The notes below the pieces were generated by a model. The model was not told the DNA's origin. It was given only the letters and a program-made list of their open reading frames with translations, and made no database searches. 32,000 bases of DNA from Candidatus Kuenenia stuttgartensis (GTDB lineage Bacteria > Planctomycetota > Brocadiia > Brocadiales > Brocadiaceae): the NCBI RefSeq assembly GCF_900232105.1, contig NZ_LT934425.1, forward strand, positions 3,840,001-3,872,000, given 5' to 3'. Below are positions 16,702 through 26,313 of this stretch, one piece after another (the first letter of the stretch is position 1; the number at the start of each line of letters is the position of its first letter). The position numbers and the translations under genes are program-made.

Positions 16702-17779
16702 ATGAAGTGTTTGCTAATTATGTCAATGATTATTGCTGCGCCTATCTTTTATAGTCATGCCGAACCACTAGAAGCAATAGAATCGATTTCAACGTCAGAA
16801 GAAAAAGAAGAAGCAGACGGGATAGATATTTTCGATTGGCCGAAAAAGCAGGATAATCAAGCCGCACAGGAAAAGCGTGTTATCCGCCTTTCCGAAGAGG
16901 AAGAAACACAAAAACCTGTAGAAGAAACATATCCCACTGAAGAAAAACGATTTCAAATAGGGGTAAGTAGTACGGCTATTGTTCAACAGATTTTAAGTGG
17001 CGGTGAGAAACGGGCGTTTTTTCCGGAAGGCTCGCTGGATTTATTTTGTCTCTACAAACCCTCAGATCTCACAACATTATTTCTGGATTTAGAGGCGATT
17101 GGAGGAAACGGGCCTGATGAACATGCCGACAGTCTTTCCGGTCTCAATGATGATGCTGGTGCATTCCGGTACAATAACGGTACTGATCGCTTATCCATTC
17201 GGGAGATGTGGTTTGAGACAAAATTGTTCGGACAACAGGTAGCTCTTGTGGCAGGAAAGATAGACTTGACAAACTACTTTGACAGCAATGCCGTAGCCAA
17301 TGATGAGACAACCATGTTTATAACCAGCGCCTTTGTAAATAATCTTGCATTAGAAGCGCCGCATAACGGACCTGGCGCAGTATCTATCTACGAAATGGAA
17401 AACGGCTTGAATTTCCGGTTAGGACTGCAAAGTGCAGATAGTGACAATATGGGACTGGGGATAGGAAAGGGCTTCTACGGAATAGGAGAGGTTGGTTTAC
17501 ACGCCGATAGCCTTTTTGGAAGAGAAGGCAATTATCGCCTTTGGTTTAAAATCAATGGAGACCGGTTCCCATGCGCGAAAAAGACAGCGCAGCTTTTGCC
17601 TTTGGTTATTCAAAAGCAGATGATGGGATTAAAGAATCTGCAACCGAGATATACTACCGTTTTGTCCTTAACAGGCACATTGCCATTACGCCACTATTTC
17701 AGGCCGTTTTAACCCCGACGGATTAATGGATACTGCTGTTGTGACCTTATTTGGCATACGAACACAAATCGAGTTTTAG
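16702..17779 (+). pseudogene. OprB/alginate-export-like porin, internally deleted and frameshifted
   Basis: Signal peptide and beta-barrel start intact (ORF track), then after about 17570 the frame moves to EKDSAAFAFGYSKADDGIKESATEIYYRFVLNRHIAITPLFQAVLTP and again to PDGLMDTAVVTLFGIRTQIEF* ending at 17779. Confidence 0.75.
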
Positions 17780-18033
17780 TGTCTTTTCAGTAACTTCTTT
17801 GCACACTTCCATTCGTCAGTGCGTGCTTTTTGGCAAAATATTTAACTGTTCCTTCTGCTGTAGGCTTGTAGTTGGCAATTGGCAGTCGGCAATTAACAAT
17901 TGTGAAATTGCCTACTGAGGACTGAGGATTGCCGATTGAGGGCTGAGGGCTGGCAAATGAGCATTTTTACCTTATAACAAAGAAAGGGGGGAAATTCATG
18001 TATTAATACTTAAAAATAATAATCTGTATTTAT

Positions 18034-18210
18034 GTGCAAGACGCCAGGGAATCCCATCTCGTTATTTCTGAGCAACGGGAGCTGCCCCGCAACTGTAATC
18101 GGAGACGAAATCTGCATAATGCCACTGAAAAGCCGTTTAAAGTAATGAACGGCTTTTCGGGAAGGCGCGGAAAGTAGGATGACCCGAAAGCCAGGAGACC
18201 TGTCTTGCAC
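18034..18210 (+). promoter_or_regulatory. Cobalamin riboswitch candidate 3, directly upstream of the TonB receptor operon
   Basis: Outer stem GTGCAAGA/TCTTGCAC; GCCCCGCAACTGTAATCGGAGACGAAA, TGCCACTGAAAA, CGGGAAGGCGCGGAAAGTAGGATGACCCGAAAGCCAGGAGACCTG. Confidence 0.96.
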
Positions 18211-18254
18211 AACTTCTCATACTATTTTTTTCGAGGGAAAAAGGAGAACACGAG

Positions 18255-20446
18255 TGAAGCACTTGCTAATCATAGTAACAGGTATTTTAGCGCTTGCCTT
18301 TTATCAATACCCCGGCGTATCGGCAGCAGGGGAATCAATTCCTGTTTTAAAAGAAGAACAGGAAACAAATGACAGAATACTTACCAAATGGGCGGAAAGG
18401 CCGGATAATCAGGCTGCACAAGAAAAGCTTATTATCCGTATCCCGGGAAAGGAAGAGATACCTGAAGTAATAGAAGAAGCATATCCTGCCGATGAATTCA
18501 AATCAATTGAAACGATTCAAAAACAACCGGACAATGTGAAAAATATCCCGGAGGAGCCTGAGGTATACCCTTTGCCGTTTGAAGAAAAAATACCGCTATC
18601 CCATACCACAATACCTTCGCCGGAAACTCCGAAAGACCCACCGCCAAAGGATGGAAAAGACAGGCAATGTGAAGATGCTAACGATACGGAAGATACCGTA
18701 ATAACACCGACACGGACGAAACAGTTGTCTAAGAATGTTGGCAGTTCTTTATCAATCATTACACAAAAAGACATTGAGAATAGCAAAGCGCCGCTGTTGC
18801 TTGATGTTTTACGTCAGGCGCCGGGGATTGAAGTTACAAGAACTCAGGGGATAGGCGGGACTACAAGCTTGTTCATAAGGGGGGCGTCAGCCGCACATAC
18901 CCTAGTATTTGTTGATGGTGTCCAAATGAATAGTCCCACATCCGGGGCATTTAATTTTGCGAATCTTTCCACAGACAACATTGAGAGAGTAGAAATTCTG
19001 CGCGGACCTCAAAGCACCCTGTATGGCTCTGAAGCGATTGGCGGTGTTGTTAATATTATTACAAAAAAAGGGGCAGGCGATAACAAAGTTAACCTGGGAA
19101 CCGAGTACGGGATGCGCGATACCTATAGGGAAACTGTTAACGTTTCAGGAGGAAAGGAGAATTTTGATTATTCAGTGGGAGGTTCCTACCTGAAAACCCT
19201 CGGAATATCCGCTGCCAGCAGTGGAAGTGAAAAGGACGGTTACAAGAATCTTACCGGTTCTGCACGGCTGGGATGGAATTTCCTGGATAACGGGAGGGTT
19301 GATACAACTATAAGGGGGTCTCACTCGGATTTTGAATATGATGCGTTTGTATATGGTGTTGGTGCGGTTGACGACCCTGACAGACGCCAAACTACAGACG
19401 AGGTTCTTTTCTCTGCGAAGGCCAGCAAGACTTTTTTTGATATATGGACTCCCTCATTTCTCATCTCAGTTAACGATACAGAACTAAAAGGCTTTGATCC
19501 CACGGATGAGTCGGGCAGATTTCGCATTCCTACAAGGGTCTGGCGGGCAGAACATCAATCAGACTTTTTACTCTTTGACGTAAATACGATAACACTCGGT
19601 TACGAATATGAAGTGTTGGAAGGTAAAAACGAGGGTAAGTATGACGGGCAAACCTACCGGAACAATGCGGTTTTTCTGCAAAACCAAATAGAATTGTTTG
19701 AGTCGTTGCACTGGACAATTGGATTACGCCACGACGACTTTAGCACATTCGGATCTCATCTTACGTATAGAACAACGGCGTCTTATAACATGGAGGAAAT
19801 TGGCGCCAGACTACATGGTTCATGGGGAAAGGGATTTCGGGCGCCAAGTTTGAATGAACTGATTTACCCATACTACGGGAATCCGCACCTGCGTCCGGAA
19901 GAAAGCAAGGGATGGGATTTCGGTGTTGAAAAAGAGATTCTCAAAGACACACTAACCATCGACGTCACCTACTTTGAAAATAACTTTAAAAACCTTATCA
20001 CTGCCACTGTGCAGCCCGATGGCAGCTACCTGGCAGAAAACGCAGCCAGGGCAGAGTCTCAGGGCATCGAAACCATTCTAACCTATAAACCATTTACTAT
20101 ACTTTCATTCACCGGAACGTACACGTATACAGATACCAGGGACAGAGAAAAAGATCAGCAACTACCCCGCAGACCGGAAAACCGGGCAACGCTTGGGATT
20201 AACACCAATCCCATTGAGAAATTAAATATCAACGTAACAGGGATAATGGTAAGGGACAGAATAGACAGCAATGGAACGAAAATGGACAACTACTGGACGG
20301 TCAATCAGGCGACTCGCTATGACGTCACAAAGTTTATGGCTGCTTATGTCAGGTTCGAAAACCTTTTTGATTATGACTACGAAGAGGTAACTGGCTTTGG
20401 TTCCCTCGGTTTTACAGCGTACGGGGGAGTGGAATTCAAGTTTTAA
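18255..20446 (+). CDS. TonB-dependent outer membrane receptor (BtuB/HmuR-like)
   Basis: TonB-box-like DTVITPTR; plug domain APLLLDVLRQAPGIEVTRTQGIGGTTSLFIRGASAAHTLVFVDGVQMN...VEILRGPQSTLYGSEAIGGVVNIITKK; barrel ends in F. GTG start at 18255 preceded by AAGGAG; the track start at 18179 lies inside the riboswitch. Confidence 0.94.
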
Positions 20447-20509
20447 AATACGGGAATGTAAAAAGAACCGTTTGTTTAATGGATATTAAGATAAGGAGGA
20501 GCAGCAACT

Positions 20510-20896
20510 ATGAAACACTTAAGTAGAATGTTAGGAATGTTTGTTGTTTTTGTGCTTTTACCCGCAACGCTTGGCGCTAACCAGAGCATAACGGTAGAAA
20601 TTGATTATGGAGGGTTACAGCAAAGCCGTAAAGTAGAAACAAAATGGAAACAGGGCATTACTGTATTAGAAGCGCTTCAATCTGTTGCAAAGATTGAAAC
20701 AAAACAATCTGGCGAATTCATTTTTGTTAATTCTATTGACGGTGTTGAAGGGCAAAGGGGGGATATGGCGTGGTATTACGACATTAATGGTAAACGCGCA
20801 ACATCTCTTGCCTATAAACGTATTCTCAATGAAGGAGATCGTATGAGATGGGAATATACTAAAGATGTTTGTTCTCCGCGAAGGAGTGAACAATGA
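20510..20896 (+). CDS. DUF4430 domain-containing exported protein (transcobalamin-C-terminal-like fold)
   Basis: Signal peptide, then ITVLEALQSVA..., FVNSIDGVEGQRGDMAWYYDINGKRATSLAYKRILNEGDRMRWEYT, the typical DUF4430 pattern. Confidence 0.85.
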   Translation: MKHLSRMLGMFVVFVLLPATLGANQSITVEIDYGGLQQSRKVETKWKQGITVLEALQSVAKIETKQSGEFIFVNSIDGVEGQRGDMAWYYDINGKRATSLAYKRILNEGDRMRWEYTKDVCSPRRSEQ

Positions 20897-23800
20897 AAAA
20901 ATGTGTGATGATAATCGTATTTACCGTGTTTGTTCTCTATCTTCCTTTTTCTCTCGCGGAAGAAACCAAACCGGTAAAATACACTTTTCTTGTAGGAAAC
21001 TACCTTACGCCTACGGTCGTTAAAGTGATAAAAGGCATCTGGACAAAATATCCATCTTTGAAAAGCCGGGTAAATTTTGAACTCATTAGTAAGACTGATT
21101 TGGATGCTGACTTTGATCCTCATGAGATAGAGGATTCCGACGTCATTGTTATTGACATCATGGGTATACGGATTTCAACTTCAACACAATCGGGTTTTGA
21201 TGGTGAGGTAATACGGAATGCTATTTCCAATGGAGCGCGTATATTGCCAATTAACAAATCGGCAGGATTAGATAAGGAGTACATTGAACTGGGGTTTACT
21301 TATGATGAAGAGTTTCGTTCGTATTTTGATTGCGGAGGGATTGAGAATTTTCAGAATATGGTACTATTCTCCCTGGCAAAATATGTCAATATTTCTGAAA
21401 TTAAACCGGCGTCACCCATGAAACGGCTGAAAAAAGGTTACTACCACCGCCACATTTCGCAGGAGATGTATTTTGAAGCGTTTGAGGAATACGAAAGTTG
21501 GTATATGAAGTCTGGCTATTTTAAGGAAAATGCGCCATGGATCGCAGTTCTGACGTACTCCTCCTTTTGCGAACAAAACCAAAATGGAGTAGAAGATGAC
21601 ATAATTCGCAAACTTGAAGAAAAAGGATTTAATGCATTTGTAGCGTTCGGTTACCCTGAGGGGGCTGTCGCTGAAAAACTATTAGTCGATGACAGAGGGA
21701 ATTCAAGGGTTTCCGGTATACTTTCTTTTTTATTTCGTTTTTCAGATTTTAAGGCGACGGATTCGCTAGAGAAATGCGGAGTACCGGTAATCAACCTGAT
21801 TACCGTTTATGGAAAAGACGGAAAAACGTGGGAGAACGATCCGGAAGGTTTAAGTTCCCTGGAAGTAAGCTGGCAGTTAGCCATCCCAGAAATTGCCGGT
21901 CTTATCCAACCTACGGTCGTTTCATATCGTATTCGTGAAAAAGACGATGAAACGGGATTTTTTATCGAGCAACGAAAATCCATACCTGAGCGTATTAATC
22001 GGGCTGTCGACCGTATAAAAGCATGGATCAATTTACAAAGAAAAAATAACTCCGATAAAAAGGTGGCGATATTCTACTGGAACTATCCGCCGGGAAAACA
22101 GCATATCGGCGCCAGTTATCTTAACGTCTTTGCCAGTATTGAAAATGTCTTAAAGATGATGAAGGAAAATGGATATGATGTAGGCAATGAAACAATTGAT
22201 AAAGAAATACTCCTTGAAAATTCTCTGAGATTCGGGAGAAACGTGGGAAATTGGGCGACAGGCGAACTTGATGAGATGGTAAAAAACGGGAAATGTGTAT
22301 TGCTGCCACTGGAGGAGTATCAAAGATGGGCGAGGAATTTACCTGCGGATTTTATAAAAGACGTCAATAAGGATTGGGGAACAGTTGAAGAATCCAATGT
22401 GATGATGTGGACTGACCCGAAGCAAGAGAAAAAATATATGGTTATTCCTGCAATACAACGTGGAAACGTTGTTATCCTCCCGCAGCCGGTAAGAGGCTGG
22501 CTGCAAGATAAAGAAACCATGTATCATAGCAAAGATCTGTCGCCTCACCATCAGTATTTAGGGGCATATTTATGGCTGAAGTATGGCTTTGGCGCAGATG
22601 CGGTAATTCATTTCGGCACACACGGCACACATGAATGGCTGCCTGGGAAAAGCAACGGACTTTCAGGTGATGACCCGCCGGAGGTGTTGATTCAGGATTT
22701 GCCGGTCATTTATCCTTACATTGTAGACGATGTTGGTGAAGGGCTTGTGGCTAAACGACGGGGATCAGCCGTCGTCATAGACCATATGATTCCACCTTTA
22801 AAAAAAGGCGGACTCTATCATGAATATGCAGAGCTTGAAGAACTGATCGGCGACCACGACCTGGCTCTTGAACAGGATGCCGCACTTGCAAGGCAATACA
22901 TGGAAAATATCATAAAAAAGATTAAAGAGCTGGGAATCGAGAAAGACATAGAAATTGGTGAGTGCCTGAATATTGATACCCATAGCGATGTCCAGCATAA
23001 GTTTGATCATGAAGTCATTCATAAAATAGGGGAGTATCTTCAGGAACTGAAGCAGCTTAATATGCCTTACGGATTGCATACATTCGGCAATGCGCCTGAT
23101 GAATCGCTTCGTTCGTCTACCATTCAGGCGATAAAAGAAGTTGTCAAAGACATTCCTGCCGCTGAACTGGACAAAAATATTCAGGAAGGGGCAAGGCGGG
23201 AATTGTCCAGTATGATCAAGTCCATGAATGGGCAATATATACCAACAGGAACGGGAAATGACCCCGTAAGGAATCCGGGTTCTCTACCAACAGGGAAAAA
23301 CTTTTATGCCTTTAATCCGGATAAAATTCCAAAAAAAGAGGCGTGGCAGGTGGGCGTTAAACTGACTCAGGAGCTACTCGATAATTATAGGGCAAAAAAT
23401 GACGGGAAATACCCCGAAAAACTTTCATTTGTTATCTGGGGTACGGAAACGATACGCCATGAAGGAGTACTGGAATCTCAGATACTCTATTTGTTAGGAG
23501 TTGAGCCTATCTGGAATGAATGGGGGAAGGTGACAGGCATTAAAATCATTCCTAAAGAAAGGCTGGGCCGTCCGAGAATTGATATAGTCGTTTCTTCTGC
23601 CGCAGAAGAGATGTTTGGACAGTTGACCCAATACATCGACCAGGCCGTTCAAATGGTAAAGATGCTTGATGAGGAAGATAATTGGGTTCGGCAACATATC
23701 GGGGAATTAACTAAAAAATTAATTAAACAAGGCTTGCCTCAAAAGAAGGCCGAACAATACGCGGCTATTAGAATCTTTGATGAAGCCCCTGGTCGTTATG

Positions 23801-24936
23801 ATTTGAATGTTTCAAGAATCGTGAGCGCAAGTGGAAGTTGGGAAGATGATTCTGTAGTAGCGGATGAATATCTGAAACGGATGAGTTGTGGGTATGGGAA
23901 CGGTTTATGGGGAGAACCGATGGAAGATGTCTACAAAATGGTGTTAAGCGGAACAAGGATGGTTGTTCACAGCCGTTCTACCAATCTGTACGGAACTGTT
24001 GATAATGATGACTTTTTCATGTACGCAGGAGGACTTACCGCTGCAATCAGGGAACTGGATGGAAAGTCACCTGAATTGGTCGTTACCAATATGATGAATC
24101 CGGCCAAACCGGAAATGACCCCGATCGACAGGATGATGGGTATGGAGTTACGCTCACGCTATTGGAATCCGGAATGGATTGAAGGAATGAAGAAGGACGG
24201 TTTTGAAGGGGCAAACAAGATGGCTGAATTTATTGAAAACATGTGGGGCTGGCAGGTCACCGTCCCAGAGACAATAGACGCTGCCCGTTGGGAAGAGACG
24301 TTCGAGGTCTATGTCGAAGACAAATACGGAATGGATTTAAAGGAATTTTTCAACAAGAAAAACCCATACGCTTATCAGGCTTTAACAGCCAGAATGCTGG
24401 AGACGATACGAAAGGGATACTGGCAGCCGACGGAAAAAGTCAAACAAACCCTGGCGAAGGAATATGTAAAAACAGTAATAGAACACGGTGTAGCCTGCTG
24501 TGAGCACACATGCAATAATTCAGCCTTCCAGCAATATGCAACGGATATTTTGAATACCCCTGGTCTCGCAAATCCTGATGCCATGATTCAGTATGCAGAA
24601 GTCTTAAAAACAGCTACCGGTAAGTCACTAAACGAAAGAAAGGCAGAGATGGGCAGGATTGCGTCTATGCCAAAACCTGTCCCCGGAAGTATTGAACAGA
24701 AAAAGAATACTGGACAAACACAGGAGAAAGAAAATATTGAAAAAACCGATGAATGGAAATTGGAAAACGATGTTTTTGAAAATACCGAAATAGTTAAAGG
24801 GATGGAGATAGCAGAGGTAAAAACGAACGAAGACAAAATAATCCTTAATCAATCAAACAGGCTTTGGGTTGGTATTGCAGTTGTATTGGGAGGCATCGGT
24901 TTTTTCGTTTATGGATGGACAAGGAAAAGATTTTAA
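20893..24936 (+). CDS. CobN/Mg-chelatase subunit H-like protein with N-terminal signal peptide and C-terminal TM anchor (HmuS-like)
   Basis: DAVIHFGTHGTHEWLPGKSNGLSGDDPPEVLIQDLPVIYPYIVDDVGEGLVAKRRGSAVVIDHMIPPLKKGGLY, CGYGNGLWGEPMEDVYKMVLSG are CobN-family hallmarks. N-term MKKCVMIIVFTVFVLYLPFSLA; C-term LWVGIAVVLGGIGFFVYGWTRKRF. Confidence 0.93.
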   Translation: MKKCVMIIVFTVFVLYLPFSLAEETKPVKYTFLVGNYLTPTVVKVIKGIWTKYPSLKSRVNFELISKTDLDADFDPHEIEDSDVIVIDIMGIRISTSTQSGFDGEVIRNAISNGARILPINKSAGLDKEYIELGFTYDEEFRSYFDCGGIENFQNMVLFSLAKYVNISEIKPASPMKRLKKGYYHRHISQEMYFEAFEEYESWYMKSGYFKENAPWIAVLTYSSFCEQNQNGVEDDIIRKLEEKGFNAFVAFGYPEGAVAEKLLVDDRGNSRVSGILSFLFRFSDFKATDSLEKCGVPVINLITVYGKDGKTWENDPEGLSSLEVSWQLAIPEIAGLIQPTVVSYRIREKDDETGFFIEQRKSIPERINRAVDRIKAWINLQRKNNSDKKVAIFYWNYPPGKQHIGASYLNVFASIENVLKMMKENGYDVGNETIDKEILLENSLRFGRNVGNWATGELDEMVKNGKCVLLPLEEYQRWARNLPADFIKDVNKDWGTVEESNVMMWTDPKQEKKYMVIPAIQRGNVVILPQPVRGWLQDKETMYHSKDLSPHHQYLGAYLWLKYGFGADAVIHFGTHGTHEWLPGKSNGLSGDDPPEVLIQDLPVIYPYIVDDVGEGLVAKRRGSAVVIDHMIPPLKKGGLYHEYAELEELIGDHDLALEQDAALARQYMENIIKKIKELGIEKDIEIGECLNIDTHSDVQHKFDHEVIHKIGEYLQELKQLNMPYGLHTFGNAPDESLRSSTIQAIKEVVKDIPAAELDKNIQEGARRELSSMIKSMNGQYIPTGTGNDPVRNPGSLPTGKNFYAFNPDKIPKKEAWQVGVKLTQELLDNYRAKNDGKYPEKLSFVIWGTETIRHEGVLESQILYLLGVEPIWNEWGKVTGIKIIPKERLGRPRIDIVVSSAAEEMFGQLTQYIDQAVQMVKMLDEEDNWVRQHIGELTKKLIKQGLPQKKAEQYAAIRIFDEAPGRYDLNVSRIVSASGSWEDDSVVADEYLKRMSCGYGNGLWGEPMEDVYKMVLSGTRMVVHSRSTNLYGTVDNDDFFMYAGGLTAAIRELDGKSPELVVTNMMNPAKPEMTPIDRMMGMELRSRYWNPEWIEGMKKDGFEGANKMAEFIENMWGWQVTVPETIDAARWEETFEVYVEDKYGMDLKEFFNKKNPYAYQALTARMLETIRKGYWQPTEKVKQTLAKEYVKTVIEHGVACCEHTCNNSAFQQYATDILNTPGLANPDAMIQYAEVLKTATGKSLNERKAEMGRIASMPKPVPGSIEQKKNTGQTQEKENIEKTDEWKLENDVFENTEIVKGMEIAEVKTNEDKIILNQSNRLWVGIAVVLGGIGFFVYGWTRKRF

Positions 24937-24979
24937 CAAAAGGATTAAAAATATGAACCCTATCGACCTATCTATCTGC

Positions 24980-25092
24980 GGGTTCAAGTTTGTAACTTGA
25001 ACCCAACGTTTTATATTGTAGATTTAACCATCGATTGTATATGGCGCTACTATCAATATTAAATTATGGGTTCAGGTTGGAAACCTGAACCC
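24980..25092. repeat. Two palindromic elements (GGGTTCAAGTT-TGT-AACTTGAACCC and GGGTTCAGGTT-GGA-AACCTGAACCC)
   Basis: Perfect 11-bp stems at 24980-25004 and 25068-25092 between the CobN-like and MotA/TolQ genes. Confidence 0.9.
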
Positions 25093-25134
25093 GCCAGGAT
25101 CTGAATCGACCTGGGATGTATTTCAGGAGAAAAT

Positions 25135-25797
25135 ATGAAACTAATTAATCTATTGCAAAGTATTCTTTCTGTGATTTCATCAGCGATGCTCTATCCCGTC
25201 ATGATTCTATTGATCGTTCTTTTTGTATGGATGATCATAACCACAGGAGAATTTTTTTCGGAATACCGGAAGAGAAAGAAACATACCCTTAAACGGGAAA
25301 TGAAAGAATTAATTGAATCACTCATCGAATCATTATCTCAAAAAAAACCGGAGATATCCCCTTTTTTAAAAAGAGAAATGCCTGCTTACTTCAGGGAATT
25401 TCTAGGGGAATTTATCGATGAGTTAAAGGGGGATAAGGATGCCAGGGGAATTCGTATTGAATATCTGCTGCAAAGCAAGGAACAAAAAATGGCCAGGAGT
25501 TTAGATAAACTACGGCTCATGGTCCGTATAGGCCCCACCCTTGGATTAATGGGAACCATAATTCCTATGGGTCCTGCCCTGTCCGCTTTGTCAAAGGGCG
25601 ACCTTGAAATGTTATCAAGCAATATCATTATTGCCTTTACCACAACCGTAGTGGGATTAGCGATTGGGATTACTGCCTATTTTCTTTCGATGATGAAAAA
25701 CAGGTGGATTCATGAGGATATAAAAAACATTGAGTATTTTACTGAAGGTATTATGAAAAATAAGGAGGAGCCAACCACTGGTGGTTTTGGAGGATAA
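25135..25797 (+). CDS. MotA/TolQ/ExbB proton-channel family protein (HmuU-like)
   Basis: Three TM segments; ARSLDKLRLMVRIGPTLGLMGTIIPMGPALSALSKGDLEMLSSNIIIAFTTTVVGLAIGITAYFLS is the MotA/TolQ/ExbB signature. Confidence 0.93.
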   Translation: MKLINLLQSILSVISSAMLYPVMILLIVLFVWMIITTGEFFSEYRKRKKHTLKREMKELIESLIESLSQKKPEISPFLKREMPAYFREFLGEFIDELKGDKDARGIRIEYLLQSKEQKMARSLDKLRLMVRIGPTLGLMGTIIPMGPALSALSKGDLEMLSSNIIIAFTTTVVGLAIGITAYFLSMMKNRWIHEDIKNIEYFTEGIMKNKEEPTTGGFGG

Positions 25798-25858
25798 ACA
25801 GAAGGAATAGCGAAGGTTTCCCCCTTTTTTTGTCCCGCCTCGGTGAGCTGTTATAGAA

Positions 25859-26212
25859 ATGAAATATCTGAAAAAAAGACGTATGGTTATAGGAAAGGAA
25901 GCAGACCTCCATCAGGAAGACCCCATGTCAGGCGTGGCAAGTCTGTTTGATGTGGGATTAGTATTTATTGTAGGCCTTATCGGCGCCTTAATCAGCGCTT
26001 ACAGCCTGCTTGATTTCCTCCAGCCCAAAACAGAAATCACGATGGTCAGGAAAAACGACAATGGCCAGGTAGAGATTGTTACAAAAAAGGGTAAACAGGT
26101 AAAAATTGAAAAAGTTACCGGTAAGCAATTACAAGGAGAAGGTGCCCGGCTCGGGATAGCATATCGGTTAAAAGATGGAAAAGTAATCTATGTGCCAGAG
26201 GGGTCTGAATAG
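25859..26212 (+). CDS. DUF2149 domain-containing membrane protein (HmuV-like)
   Basis: EDPMSGVASLFDVGLVFIVGLIGALISAYSLLDF...GEGARLGIAYRLKDGKVIYVPEGSE matches the DUF2149 layout. Confidence 0.9.
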   Translation: MKYLKKRRMVIGKEADLHQEDPMSGVASLFDVGLVFIVGLIGALISAYSLLDFLQPKTEITMVRKNDNGQVEIVTKKGKQVKIEKVTGKQLQGEGARLGIAYRLKDGKVIYVPEGSE

Positions 26213-26313
26213 GTAGCACTTTACTTTTCAAAAATCTAAACTGTTACGGATTTTGTGATTTGGGCATTGGAATTTTACCGCAGTACATGGTCCCATTATC
26301 CGCATAAACTCAT

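Noticed and set aside
17860-17965. Possible short tandem/direct repeats (TTGGCAGTCGGCAATTAAC, GGACTGAGGATTGCCGATTGAGGGCTGAGG)
   Set aside because: Looks like imprecise low-complexity intergenic sequence; no regular spacer-repeat structure, so not a CRISPR or defined element.
18179-18254. N-terminal extension of the TonB receptor ORF in the track
   Set aside because: It overlaps the 3' end of the cobalamin riboswitch; the GTG at 18255 has an AAGGAG site and yields a clean signal peptide.
21807-24852. Multiple antisense ORFs opposite the CobN-like gene
   Set aside because: Shadow ORFs of a long conserved coding sequence; compositions are Phe/Leu/Ser/His-rich typical of antisense frames.
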